Assembly (NCBI GenBank): GCA_963668645.2 | Contig: CAXXWC010000010.1 | Coordinates: 160,001 to 224,000 of the forward strand | Reading direction: 5' to 3' | DNA length: 64,000 nucleotides | DNA from: Desulfobacterales bacterium | GTDB taxonomy: Bacteria > Desulfobacterota > Desulfobacteria > Desulfobacterales > UBA2174 | Shown here: piece after piece, positions 19,709 to 29,117 of the stretch | Layout of the letters: every line of letters begins with the position of its first letter | How positions within the stretch are numbered: the stretch's first letter is position 1 | Position numbers and translations under genes: made by a program | Notes under the pieces: model-generated | What the model saw: the letters and a program-made list of their open reading frames with translations, nothing else | Databases searched by the model: none | What the model was told of the DNA's origin: nothing

Positions 19709-20731
19709 ATGTCGCGGGGGGATCAACTCGGACGCCAGTGGAGGATTATCCAGCACCTGATGGCCTCGCGCCGGGGCCGCACGGTGGCCGAAATCGCCGC
19801 GGCCCTGGACGAGCATCCCCGTTCGGTTTACCGGGATCTGGAGGCCCTGGAAAACGCGGGCTTCCCCCTGTACACGGAGCGCGACGGCCATGGCAACCGC
19901 TGGCGCCTGGTTGAAGAAGCGCGCCGGCCGCTGCCCATCCCCCTCGATCTGACCGAACTGATGGCCCTGTGCCTGAGCCGCAGCCTGCTCAAAGGGCTGG
20001 AAGGCACGGTCTTTGCCACGGCGATGGCCTCGCTCAGCGCCAAGCTTCACACCCTGCTCTCTCCGGGTCTCAAGCAGTACCTCGAACGGCTGGAAACCAC
20101 CCTGGCCGTGGCCCTGCCGCCCCACAAGCGCTACGGGCACCTGCAAGAAATTCTCGATCCGGTGCACCAGGCCTTGATGGAGCGGCGCTGGTTGGAGATG
20201 ACCTATTTTACGATGCACCGGCGCCAGGAGACCCGCCGTCAGGTGGCCCCCTACCGGCTCTGGTACGCCGACGGAGCCCTCTACCTGATCGCCCATTGCC
20301 GCATGCGCGACGCTGTGCGCGTCTTTGCGGTGGACCGCATCCGGCAGATCCGGCTGCTTGACACGACCTTTGAGCCGCCGGCGGACCTGGACATCGATGC
20401 CTTCATGGGCCGTGGAATGGGCGTTTTCCAGGGGCCCCGGGAAAAGGTGCGCATCCGGTTTTCGGCCCGGGTCGCCGGGTACGTGGCCGAACGCATCTGG
20501 CATCAAACCCAGCGGTTGGAAAAGACCGAAGACGGCGGGCTGATCTTCGAGGCCGAGGTGGCCGGGGGCACCGAGATCGTCGCCTGGGTCCTGCGCTGGG
20601 GGGCCGAAGCCCGCGTTCTGGCACCGCAATCTTTGCTGGAGGCGGTACGGAGGGAAGCGCAGGCCATGGCCCGAGCCTATGAGCGCAAAGATGCAAAACC
20701 GGCCGGCACCGGCTTCGAGACGCGGCCCTGA
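19709..20731 (+). CDS. HTH-WYL-WCX transcriptional regulator (PafBC/DriD/BrxR-like)
   Basis: wHTH TVAEIAAAL..RSVYRDLEALE; WYL core PYRLWYADGALYLIAHC..RVFAVDRI; WCX WVLRWGAEARVLAP; ATG 19709 after TAAGGA. Confidence 0.92.
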   Translation: MSRGDQLGRQWRIIQHLMASRRGRTVAEIAAALDEHPRSVYRDLEALENAGFPLYTERDGHGNRWRLVEEARRPLPIPLDLTELMALCLSRSLLKGLEGTVFATAMASLSAKLHTLLSPGLKQYLERLETTLAVALPPHKRYGHLQEILDPVHQALMERRWLEMTYFTMHRRQETRRQVAPYRLWYADGALYLIAHCRMRDAVRVFAVDRIRQIRLLDTTFEPPADLDIDAFMGRGMGVFQGPREKVRIRFSARVAGYVAERIWHQTQRLEKTEDGGLIFEAEVAGGTEIVAWVLRWGAEARVLAPQSLLEAVRREAQAMARAYERKDAKPAGTGFETRP

Positions 20732-20868
20732 GCCGTGCCGCCGACCGCCCGGTTGGCGGAAAGCGCCGGGCGTCATCTTTTTGCTTGTTTCGCCGCCTTG
20801 AAAAGACTATAGAAAGCGCCGCATAGCGTCCGGCGCAAGAAATGCGCCGCTGTTTTCGAGGATTTCCC

Positions 20869-21738
20869 TTGGCTATATATTACGTCGATGGCGAATTCGT
20901 TCCCGCCGATCAAGCCTGCCTGCCGGTCAACGACCTGGCTATCTTACGCGGTTTCGCCGTTTTCGAGTTGCTGCGCACTTACGGCGGACGCCCCTTTTTC
21001 CTGGATGCTCACATCACCCGTCTCGAAGATTCGGCCCGCCACATCGGTCTGACCTTCCCCTGGGCCAGATCCCGCTTGGCCGAGATCGTGGGCCAGACCC
21101 TGGCACGCAATACCTTTTCGGAAGCCAACGTCCGCATCGTGGTGACCGGCGGGCCGAGCGATGATTTCATGACCCCCGGCAACCGGCCGCGCCTGCTGGT
21201 GCTGGTCTCTGCGGTACCCGAACTGCCGACCCACTGGTACACCGAGGGGGGCAAAATCATCACCACGATAATCGAACGGCCCATCACCGGCGCCAAAAGC
21301 ATCAACTACATACCGGCCACCATTGCCATGGCCGAGGCCCGCCGCAAGGGGGCCATCGAAGCCGTTTATCTCAACCGCCAGGGCCAGGTTCAGGAAGGGA
21401 CCACCAGCAACCTTTTCATTTTTGACGACGAGGGGCTGGTAACCCCGGGCAAGGATATGCTGCCGGGGATCACCCGCCGGGTGATTCTCGATCTGGCCGC
21501 GGCCCGCTTCCCGGTGGCGATCCGGGACCTGACTTATGATGAACTCTGCCAGGCGCGGGAAGTGTTTATCACCGGCACCAACAAAGGGCTGGTCCCGGTG
21601 GTCCGGGTGGATGATAAAACCATCGCCGACGGTCGGCCCGGCCCGCGGACCTTGGCGCTGATGCAGGAACTCAAGCAGCGCACGGAGCAGTTTGCCACCG
21701 GCATGGCCGAAAGGGCAGAAACCCGAACGCTGCCCTAG
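20869..21738 (+). CDS. Aminotransferase class IV (D-amino-acid / branched-chain type)
   Basis: GFAVFELLR, HITRL, AKSINY, EGTTSNLF, LPGITR, EVFITGT; TTG start after GAGGA. Confidence 0.9.
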   Translation: MAIYYVDGEFVPADQACLPVNDLAILRGFAVFELLRTYGGRPFFLDAHITRLEDSARHIGLTFPWARSRLAEIVGQTLARNTFSEANVRIVVTGGPSDDFMTPGNRPRLLVLVSAVPELPTHWYTEGGKIITTIIERPITGAKSINYIPATIAMAEARRKGAIEAVYLNRQGQVQEGTTSNLFIFDDEGLVTPGKDMLPGITRRVILDLAAARFPVAIRDLTYDELCQAREVFITGTNKGLVPVVRVDDKTIADGRPGPRTLALMQELKQRTEQFATGMAERAETRTLP

Positions 21739-21810
21739 GCAGCCCGCATGGTTAGGCATGTTTTCGAGGCTCTGCCTTAAACCCGAAGTCTAGTCAAGAG
21801 GACCGTACCG

Positions 21811-23298
21811 ATGAACGAACCGATGGACCAGGAAATGGACAGGGAAAATGAAGATCTGCAGGATGGGGAAGATTTCGCCACCCTGCTGGAAAGCTACACG
21901 GCCGATCTGACCGACGACCTGCGGGTCGGGGACCGGGTGACCGGCCGCATCATCGCCATCGGAGATGAAACGGTCTTCGTGGACACCGGCACCAAGATTG
22001 ACGGGGCGGCGGACCGGGCGGAGTTCCTGGATCCGGAAGGGGCCCTCACCGTGGCGGTGGGCGATACGGTTTCCCTCTATGTGGTGGCCCAGGACGAAAG
22101 CGAGATCCGCCTTTCCAAAGCCATCGGCGGCGTCGGCGGCCTCAACATGCTCCAGGAGGCCCTGGACAGCCAGATCCCGGTCGAGGGCAAGGTGCGCGAG
22201 ACCTGCAAGGGCGGGTTCGTGGTGGAGGTGCTCCAGCGCCGGGCCTTTTGCCCCGTGAGCCAGATCGATGTTTTCCCGGGACAGGAAGCAGACGCCTACA
22301 TCGGCCAGAGTCTTCAGTTTTTGATGGTGCGCCTGGAAAAAGGGGGCCGCAACATCGTTTTGTCCCGCCGCCGGCTCCTGGAAAAAGAGCAGCAAAAAGC
22401 CCGCGACGAGTTCATGGCCACGGTGGAAGTCGGCTCGATCTGCGAAGGCGAGGTGGTGCGCACGGCCCCCTTCGGCGCCTTCGTGCAGCTGGCACCGGGA
22501 GTCGACGGGCTGGTCCATGTTTCAGAGATGAACTGGTCGCGGGTCGAGGATCCCGAATCCTTCGTCCAGGTCGGCCAGCCGGTGACGGTCATGATCCTGT
22601 CCATCGAACCGGATAAAAAGCCGGGCCAGATGCGCCTCTCCCTGTCGATGAAGCAGGTGGACGGGGATCCCTGGCAGAAGGTGCCCCAGACCTTCAAGGC
22701 CGGCGACCGGGTGCCGGGCAAGGTGACCCGCTGCGCCAAGTTCGGGGCCTTCGTGGAAATCGCTCCGGGGGTCGAGGGGCTGGTCCACATCAGCGAAATG
22801 AGCCACATCCGGCGCGTAATGGATCCGCAGGAAATCGTATCTCCGGGAGACGCCGTAACGGTGAGCATCAAGGCCGTGGAGCCTGACAAGCGGCGCATCT
22901 CCCTGAGCATCCGCGATGTCGAGGGAGACCCCTGGGCCGAGATCGAAACGCGCTTCAAGGCTGGGCAGCTCACCACCGGACGGCTGGAAAAAAAGGAACG
23001 CTTCGGCTGGTTCATTCAATTGGCACCGGGAATCACCGGACTGATGCCCAAGTCGCGCCTGATGACCGCCCCGGCAGGCAACCGCTTGGAAAGCCTGCGC
23101 ACCGGGGACAACATCGAGGTGCTCATCGAAGAGATCCATGTCCAGGATCGCAAGATCACCCTGGCCCCGGCCGACGCGGCCGCCGGCGAGGACGGCAGCT
23201 GGAAGTCCTTCGCCGCCCCGGACGAGAGCCGCACGGGTGGCTTGGGCAGCCTGGGCGAAAAACTGCGCCAGGCGATGAAAGAGCAGAAACCGTCGTAA
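21811..23298 (+). CDS. 30S ribosomal protein S1-like protein (multiple S1 domains)
   Basis: Repeated FGAFV..GVDGLVHVSE / GVEGLVHISE S1 motifs; DFATLLE N-terminus; SLGEKL C-terminus; 495 aa. Confidence 0.88.
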   Translation: MNEPMDQEMDRENEDLQDGEDFATLLESYTADLTDDLRVGDRVTGRIIAIGDETVFVDTGTKIDGAADRAEFLDPEGALTVAVGDTVSLYVVAQDESEIRLSKAIGGVGGLNMLQEALDSQIPVEGKVRETCKGGFVVEVLQRRAFCPVSQIDVFPGQEADAYIGQSLQFLMVRLEKGGRNIVLSRRRLLEKEQQKARDEFMATVEVGSICEGEVVRTAPFGAFVQLAPGVDGLVHVSEMNWSRVEDPESFVQVGQPVTVMILSIEPDKKPGQMRLSLSMKQVDGDPWQKVPQTFKAGDRVPGKVTRCAKFGAFVEIAPGVEGLVHISEMSHIRRVMDPQEIVSPGDAVTVSIKAVEPDKRRISLSIRDVEGDPWAEIETRFKAGQLTTGRLEKKERFGWFIQLAPGITGLMPKSRLMTAPAGNRLESLRTGDNIEVLIEEIHVQDRKITLAPADAAAGEDGSWKSFAAPDESRTGGLGSLGEKLRQAMKEQKPS

Positions 23299-23321
23299 AC
23301 CGAAAGCGACTCCACCCTCCC

Positions 23322-23358
23322 GGGGCGATCCGTATCGAATGATCGCCCCTCGTTTTTT
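23322..23358 (+). terminator. Intrinsic terminator after the S1-like gene
   Basis: GGGGCGATC-10 nt-GATCGCCCC followed by TCGTTTTTT. Confidence 0.7.
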
Positions 23359-23799
23359 CCCGGATCTGGCCTCCTGAAGGCAACGGGGCACTCCGACCGC
23401 CGCCAGCCCCCAGGCCGCCCCGGCGGTTCGGGCGCGCAAACTCAGACCCAAGACCGCCGTTGCCTGTTCGAAACCCCGATCCTTTCTTCAGCCGTCCTGC
23501 CGAAATCAAAGCCCAACGCTTCAGTCTGCTTGCGAAAACCGGCAGATCTTGGATTTACAAAAAATAGTGGCGGCCACAGCTGATAGATCCTTTACGAATC
23601 TGAGCGACGGTGTTAATTTGGATTCGATACCATCGTCGCCGTAGCGCGTCGGTCGGCCACCCCTCCCTGAAAAAACTGCGCCCCTTGAATTTTACCGGCC
23701 ACGTAAACGCCCGGCGACTTCCCGACCCATCCGGCGGCGACGAACAGGTCCGGCCCGCCACCGGCCGCTTCGCACCGCATCCAGCCAAAGGGGGTTCCC

Positions 23800-25860
23800 A
23801 TGGCCAGCCATCCGCCCCAGTCCCTCGCCCACCATCTCGAAGCGGTCCGCGACGGCCGCCGCGGCTTTGAAAACGCCTTCCAGGCCGTAGCCCGCATGAT
23901 TCTGGAAAGCGACATCGAAAAGGTCGTGGTCAACGGCAAGACGACCTATGATTTTTCCATCTTCCGCACCGGCCGCAAGCCGGTGGTGGGGATGTACGAC
24001 GAGATCAACAGCTTCGTCAATTACGTCAAGGACGCCGCCGAGGGGGGCAGCAGCAAGGAGATGGCCTTCGTGCTGGTGGGCGAGCCGGGCAACGGCAAAA
24101 CCTTCCTGGTGGAATTCATCTGCAGCCGCTACCGGGAATTTATCGGCCGCGAGGAGAACCGCAAATTCACCTTCCGCTTCGTCAACCTCGACCGGCTGGG
24201 CCATTACGGGCGCATCCGCACCGTCGAATCCCAGACCTACGAAGACCCCATAATCCTGGCCCTGAACCTCTTCGACCAGCCGGACCGGGTACGCGAATAC
24301 CTTTCGCGCCAGCACGGCTTGCCCCTGGACCAGCTCGACCAGCTCTACGAAAACTACCGCCCACTGGGGGCGTGCAGCGACTACATCTGGAACGATATTA
24401 AAACTTACACCGACGGCGACATCGAAAAGATGCTCGAATTCGTCGAGATTATGCCGGTGCCGCTGAGCGAGAGCCTCGGCACCCTCACCGGCAAGTACCC
24501 GGCCAAGGACAAGATCACCTCATCGGCGGTGGATCTTCTGGGTGAAGAATCGATCCAGCGCCTCTTGCACATCGCAGATACCAACAATCCCTACCGCTTC
24601 GACCTGCGCCGCGGGGCCCTGGCTCGGGTGGCGGGAGGGGGGATCCATTTTTGCGACGAGATTTACAAGAACAAGAAGGACCTGGTGCAGGTCTACCTCG
24701 GTGTGATCCAGAACCGCTGCATCGAAATCGACGGGTACAAGTGGCCCATCGACACCTTGATCATCGCCACGAGCAACAACAACGAATTTCACCGCTTCCT
24801 GTCGGAAAAGGAAGAGGCCCCCATCGTGGACCGCTGCCGGATCTGCTACGTTTCGCACAACACCAACTACAAGCTGCAGCAGGAACTGACGCGCTACGCC
24901 ATCGGCAGCGAGGCGCGCACCACCTTGAGCCGCGAAGACCTGCACCAGGACCCCAACCTGAACTACGCGGCCTCGGTGGCCGCAGTCCTCTCGCGCCTGC
25001 CGCGCTCGGAAAAACTCACCCCGGTGGAGACCATGAAGCTGGCCGCCGGGGAGGTGGCCGGCGAAAAGAGCATCAAGACCCTGGCCGAGGTCATCGACGC
25101 CCTCAACCAGGACCCGGAAATCATCAACCGCTTCGGCCAGAAAGGCCTGGGGCAGCGCAACCTCGGCCGCGCCATCCAGCTGCTCATCGAAAGCTCGGAG
25201 ACCAACGAGGGCCGCTGCATGTTCGCCTACGACGTCTTTCGGGCTTTAGAGCGCATCGTGCTCGATTATGTCACCGAGGCCAACGACCGGACCAAGTATC
25301 TAGAAGACCTCAAGATCGCCAAGGGCCTCTACCGCGAACGGATCATGACCGAGATCTTCAATGCCTACATGGACGAGCCCTTCGCCATCCGCAAGGACGT
25401 GCTCAACTACGTGAACATGATCATCGGCATCGACGCGGAAAACCTGGGGCCGGACCGCATGTGGAAGTACAAGGACCCCCAGACCGGGGAACTGCGTGCC
25501 TTGAAGATCGACGAACGCTACGTCAAGAGCGTCGAGGAACGCCTGGGCCTCAAGACCGAAGAACAGCGCGAAACCTTCCGCACCTCGATCCGCAAGATCT
25601 ACGGCCAGAAAATCTCGGTGGAGCCCGAGTACGATTTTATGGACAACCTCGAACTGGTCAAGGCGGTCACCGATGTGCGCCTCAAATCGGATATCGCCGG
25701 CGCGGGCAGCCTGATCGGGGCTCTTGCCAACCGCACCAACGAAGAAAACCAGAAGCTCTACGACCGCATGATCGACACCATGCTCCACAAACTCGGCTAC
25801 TGCCGCACCTGCGCCGAAAAGACCATCGAGTATTTTTGCACCCAGGAAGACGAGAAATGA
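23800..25860 (+). CDS. prkA: PrkA/YeaG-family AAA+ protein (annotated as serine protein kinase)
   Basis: Walker A GEPGNGKT, Walker B IHFCDE, IIATSN, DRC, C-terminal GYCRTCA; context with yeaH and spoVR. Confidence 0.85.
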   Translation: MASHPPQSLAHHLEAVRDGRRGFENAFQAVARMILESDIEKVVVNGKTTYDFSIFRTGRKPVVGMYDEINSFVNYVKDAAEGGSSKEMAFVLVGEPGNGKTFLVEFICSRYREFIGREENRKFTFRFVNLDRLGHYGRIRTVESQTYEDPIILALNLFDQPDRVREYLSRQHGLPLDQLDQLYENYRPLGACSDYIWNDIKTYTDGDIEKMLEFVEIMPVPLSESLGTLTGKYPAKDKITSSAVDLLGEESIQRLLHIADTNNPYRFDLRRGALARVAGGGIHFCDEIYKNKKDLVQVYLGVIQNRCIEIDGYKWPIDTLIIATSNNNEFHRFLSEKEEAPIVDRCRICYVSHNTNYKLQQELTRYAIGSEARTTLSREDLHQDPNLNYAASVAAVLSRLPRSEKLTPVETMKLAAGEVAGEKSIKTLAEVIDALNQDPEIINRFGQKGLGQRNLGRAIQLLIESSETNEGRCMFAYDVFRALERIVLDYVTEANDRTKYLEDLKIAKGLYRERIMTEIFNAYMDEPFAIRKDVLNYVNMIIGIDAENLGPDRMWKYKDPQTGELRALKIDERYVKSVEERLGLKTEEQRETFRTSIRKIYGQKISVEPEYDFMDNLELVKAVTDVRLKSDIAGAGSLIGALANRTNEENQKLYDRMIDTMLHKLGYCRTCAEKTIEYFCTQEDEK

Positions 25861-25918
25861 TCCATAACGGACGGCGGCAACCGCCGGTCCTTTGCATCCA
25901 AGGGGTTGTGAGGCAGCA

Positions 25919-27343
25919 ATGAAACCCGATGGCCGATTCATCGAAAAGGCTCTTCAGCGCGGCACCTTGAGCCCTGCCGCGGCCGGGCGCATGCGGGCCG
26001 AGCTCAACGACCGGCGGCGTCATGGCCTGCCGCCTTCGGCCGCGGATCCGGACCGGCGGCCGCGGCCGCCCTCGGATCTTTACACCCCCGGCGACCTGCA
26101 AGTGCTCCAGGACATGCCCGCCGGAGCGGCGCCGCCTACCGTCTGCCTCCAATCCCTGGACGAATTGCTGGAACGCGACCGGCAGCGGGAAAAGGACGGA
26201 TTTCCGCGCAAGATCCGCGTCGGGCGCCTGGTCAAACCCGGACGCCGCGGCAAGCAGAAGGTGGTGGTGATCCCGACCACCGTCGAAGAAAAACTGATTC
26301 ACGATACGCTCCTGCGGCCGGACGAGGAGGGGCCGGGGGGCGGGGGCGCCGGAGCCGGCGAGGAGGGTGAAGTCATCGGCGAGGCCCCGGTACGCCCGGA
26401 CCAGGATGGGGACGGCAGCGGTCCCGGCCAAGGCCAGGGGGCGGCCCACGAGGTGGAGTCCAACGCCTACGACCTGGGGCGGATTCTGACCGAAAAATTT
26501 CAGCTCCCCAACCTCAAGGAAAAAGGCAAGAAGCGCTCTTTGACCCAGTACACCTACGAATTGACCGACCGCCACAAGGGGTTCGGCCAGTTTCTGGACA
26601 AGAAGGCCACCCTGCGCAAAATCGTCGAAAGCAACATCCACCTGGGCAACCTGCCTGATCCGGCCGACATCGATCCGTCGAGGTTCCTCATCGCTCCGGC
26701 CGATCGGGTCTATCGGATCCTGTCGCGCGAAAAGGACTACGAATCCCAGGCGATGGTATTCTTTTTACGCGACTACTCGGGATCCATGACCGGCCGGCCC
26801 ACCGAACTGGTGGTCACCCAGCACGTGCTGATCTACAGCTGGCTCCTGTACCAGTACGAACGCCAGGTGGAAACCCGCTTCATTTTACACGACACCGAAG
26901 CCCGAGAGGTGGAGGATTTTTACACCTACTACAACACCCGGGTGGCCGGCGGCACCCGGGTGGCATCGGCCTTCCGGCTGGTCAACGAAATCGTGGCCGC
27001 CGAAAACCTGGCCGCCGACTACAACATCTACGTCTTTCACGGCACGGACGGCGATGACTGGGACACCGAGGGGACCGATACCGTTCCGGCCATCGAAACG
27101 ATGCTGGCCTACGCCAACCGGGTGGGGATCACCATCGCCGAGCACGGCACCGAAACAGGAGGCACCACGGTGGAGCGCTACCTCACCGCCAGTGGGCTGC
27201 TCAAGCGCCGGGCCGATCTGATCCGGCTGGACGTGATGCCCAAGGAGGCCGACGAACCGCGCCTGATCGAGGGCATCCGGCGCCTGATCAGCGGCAGGAT
27301 CGAACCCCGACCCGCGGCGGCCATGGCCGCCCAAGGGGAGTGA
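25919..27343 (+). CDS. YeaH/YhbH (DUF444) VWA-like protein
   Basis: Gly-rich GGGAGAGEEG segment, LPNLKEKG, RDYSGSM (MIDAS-like), GGTRVASA, YVFHGTDGD. Confidence 0.85.
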   Translation: MKPDGRFIEKALQRGTLSPAAAGRMRAELNDRRRHGLPPSAADPDRRPRPPSDLYTPGDLQVLQDMPAGAAPPTVCLQSLDELLERDRQREKDGFPRKIRVGRLVKPGRRGKQKVVVIPTTVEEKLIHDTLLRPDEEGPGGGGAGAGEEGEVIGEAPVRPDQDGDGSGPGQGQGAAHEVESNAYDLGRILTEKFQLPNLKEKGKKRSLTQYTYELTDRHKGFGQFLDKKATLRKIVESNIHLGNLPDPADIDPSRFLIAPADRVYRILSREKDYESQAMVFFLRDYSGSMTGRPTELVVTQHVLIYSWLLYQYERQVETRFILHDTEAREVEDFYTYYNTRVAGGTRVASAFRLVNEIVAAENLAADYNIYVFHGTDGDDWDTEGTDTVPAIETMLAYANRVGITIAEHGTETGGTTVERYLTASGLLKRRADLIRLDVMPKEADEPRLIEGIRRLISGRIEPRPAAAMAAQGE

Positions 27344-27423
27344 CCCCTGCCGTGGGTCAGAGGCCCGAAATCTTTGCTGCCGGAGTCCTTGCGGGTTTAA
27401 ACCCTGAACCGTGAAGCCTTGAA

Positions 27424-29052
27424 ATGGAACTCATCGACCAGCATACCAAGCGCATCATGGAAGGCTGCAAGGAACGGGCCCGGGATGCCGGGTTGCGCTT
27501 CGGCGACGAGACCCTGGAGTATATCGTCACCAACCGCGACCTGCTGGAACTTTCGCCCAAGGTCATGATCCCCACCCTCTACGACTACTGGGTACATGAC
27601 GTGGAGGTGCTGCGCGAAAAGGGCAAATATGAACTCTATCCGGCCAATCCTTACGAGACGGTGATCAACACCCGCCCGGCAATCTCCTTTTACAACGACA
27701 ACAATCCCGACTGGCTCAACGTGATGATCTTCTATCACGTGCTGGCCCACATCGATTTTTTCCAGAACAACCTCTACTTCCGCCATACCTGGGACTACGA
27801 TTTCGCCGGCCGGGCTCTTTCGGACAAGCGGGCGATCGCCAAGTTGCGCTCGGAAAAAGGCCGCTGGGTCGACTACATCATCGAGTTTTCCCGCGCCATC
27901 GACAACCTGGTGGGCTACCATGAGACCCTGGCCCGCTATCACCGGCCCCGGCGGACAAAACAGGACCGCCGCATCGACTACTATTTCGACGACTTTCTCC
28001 AGGTCCTGCGGCAGGTCTCGACCACGGAATACCTCAAGGAGATCGAACGGTTCAATCAATGCCGGCGCGATCACGGCCCCCCGGGGGCCGAGTCGTTCTT
28101 TCTGGCGGTGGAAAAAAAATATCCCGAGTTCCCGGCCCTCTACCGCCGTTTCTGCGAGCACCCGCCCGCCGGACGCCAGGACCTGGTCGAGTTTTTATGC
28201 ACCCATTCGAACGTCCTCAACCGCGAGGAAAACCGCTGGATGCAGGAGGTGGTGCAGATCGTGCGCCAGACGGCCCTCTTTTTCCAGCCCCAGATCCGCA
28301 CCAAGATCATGAACGAGGGCTGGGCCAGCTACTGGCACGAAACCCTCTTTCTCAACGACGAGCGCATCCGCGGCCATGAAGTCGACTTCGCCCGGGTCAA
28401 CGCCGGGGTCACGGCCCTGCCCCGGATCGGGATCAATCCCTACGCCCTGGGTATGCACCTTTTTTACGCCATCGAAGAAGCGGCCGACCGGGGACGGCTC
28501 GACTTCGCCTACGACCGTCTCACCGATGCCCGCCAGCGCGAGCACTACGACCGGGGTACGGCCCAGGGGCGGGCGCGGATCTTCGCGGTGCGCAGCAGCC
28601 ACTGCGATTTTACCTTCATCAACCGTTTTCTGGATCAGGATTTTTTCAACCGGCACCGGCTTTTCGTGGCCGGCCGGCGCCTCAACCCGCAAAAGATGGT
28701 CTGGGAATACTACATCAAGAGCCGGCGCCTGGCGGACTATCGCCAGATGATCCTCGCCAGCCTCTACCACCCGCCCCATATCACGGTGGCAAAGGAAACC
28801 GAGCCGGACAAGGATCTGACCCTGATCCATCATTTCGAGGGCAAGCCGCTGGTGTCCGAGTACATTCCGGCCGTCCTGCTCGGCCTCGAGTACCTCTGGG
28901 GGCATCCGGTGCACCTGGAAACCAGCGAACCGATCTTCGTGCCGGAGGGGCCGCCCGAGGCTTCCCAGGAAAGCCCGCCCCCCTCGGGCATTACCTGGCG
29001 CCGGGTGCGCTATACGATGAGAGAAAGGCGCATGAGCAAAAAAGCCCTCTGA
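27424..29052 (+). CDS. SpoVR/YcgB family protein
   Basis: YETVIN, HVLAHIDFFQNN, PQIRTKIMNEGWASYWH, NPYALG. Confidence 0.92.
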   Translation: MELIDQHTKRIMEGCKERARDAGLRFGDETLEYIVTNRDLLELSPKVMIPTLYDYWVHDVEVLREKGKYELYPANPYETVINTRPAISFYNDNNPDWLNVMIFYHVLAHIDFFQNNLYFRHTWDYDFAGRALSDKRAIAKLRSEKGRWVDYIIEFSRAIDNLVGYHETLARYHRPRRTKQDRRIDYYFDDFLQVLRQVSTTEYLKEIERFNQCRRDHGPPGAESFFLAVEKKYPEFPALYRRFCEHPPAGRQDLVEFLCTHSNVLNREENRWMQEVVQIVRQTALFFQPQIRTKIMNEGWASYWHETLFLNDERIRGHEVDFARVNAGVTALPRIGINPYALGMHLFYAIEEAADRGRLDFAYDRLTDARQREHYDRGTAQGRARIFAVRSSHCDFTFINRFLDQDFFNRHRLFVAGRRLNPQKMVWEYYIKSRRLADYRQMILASLYHPPHITVAKETEPDKDLTLIHHFEGKPLVSEYIPAVLLGLEYLWGHPVHLETSEPIFVPEGPPEASQESPPPSGITWRRVRYTMRERRMSKKAL

Positions 29053-29117
29053 TGCGACCAGCCCGCCAACCTTTTGCATAAACCGCCATGCCCGCAAGGC
29101 GGAGAGGGTGACGGCCC

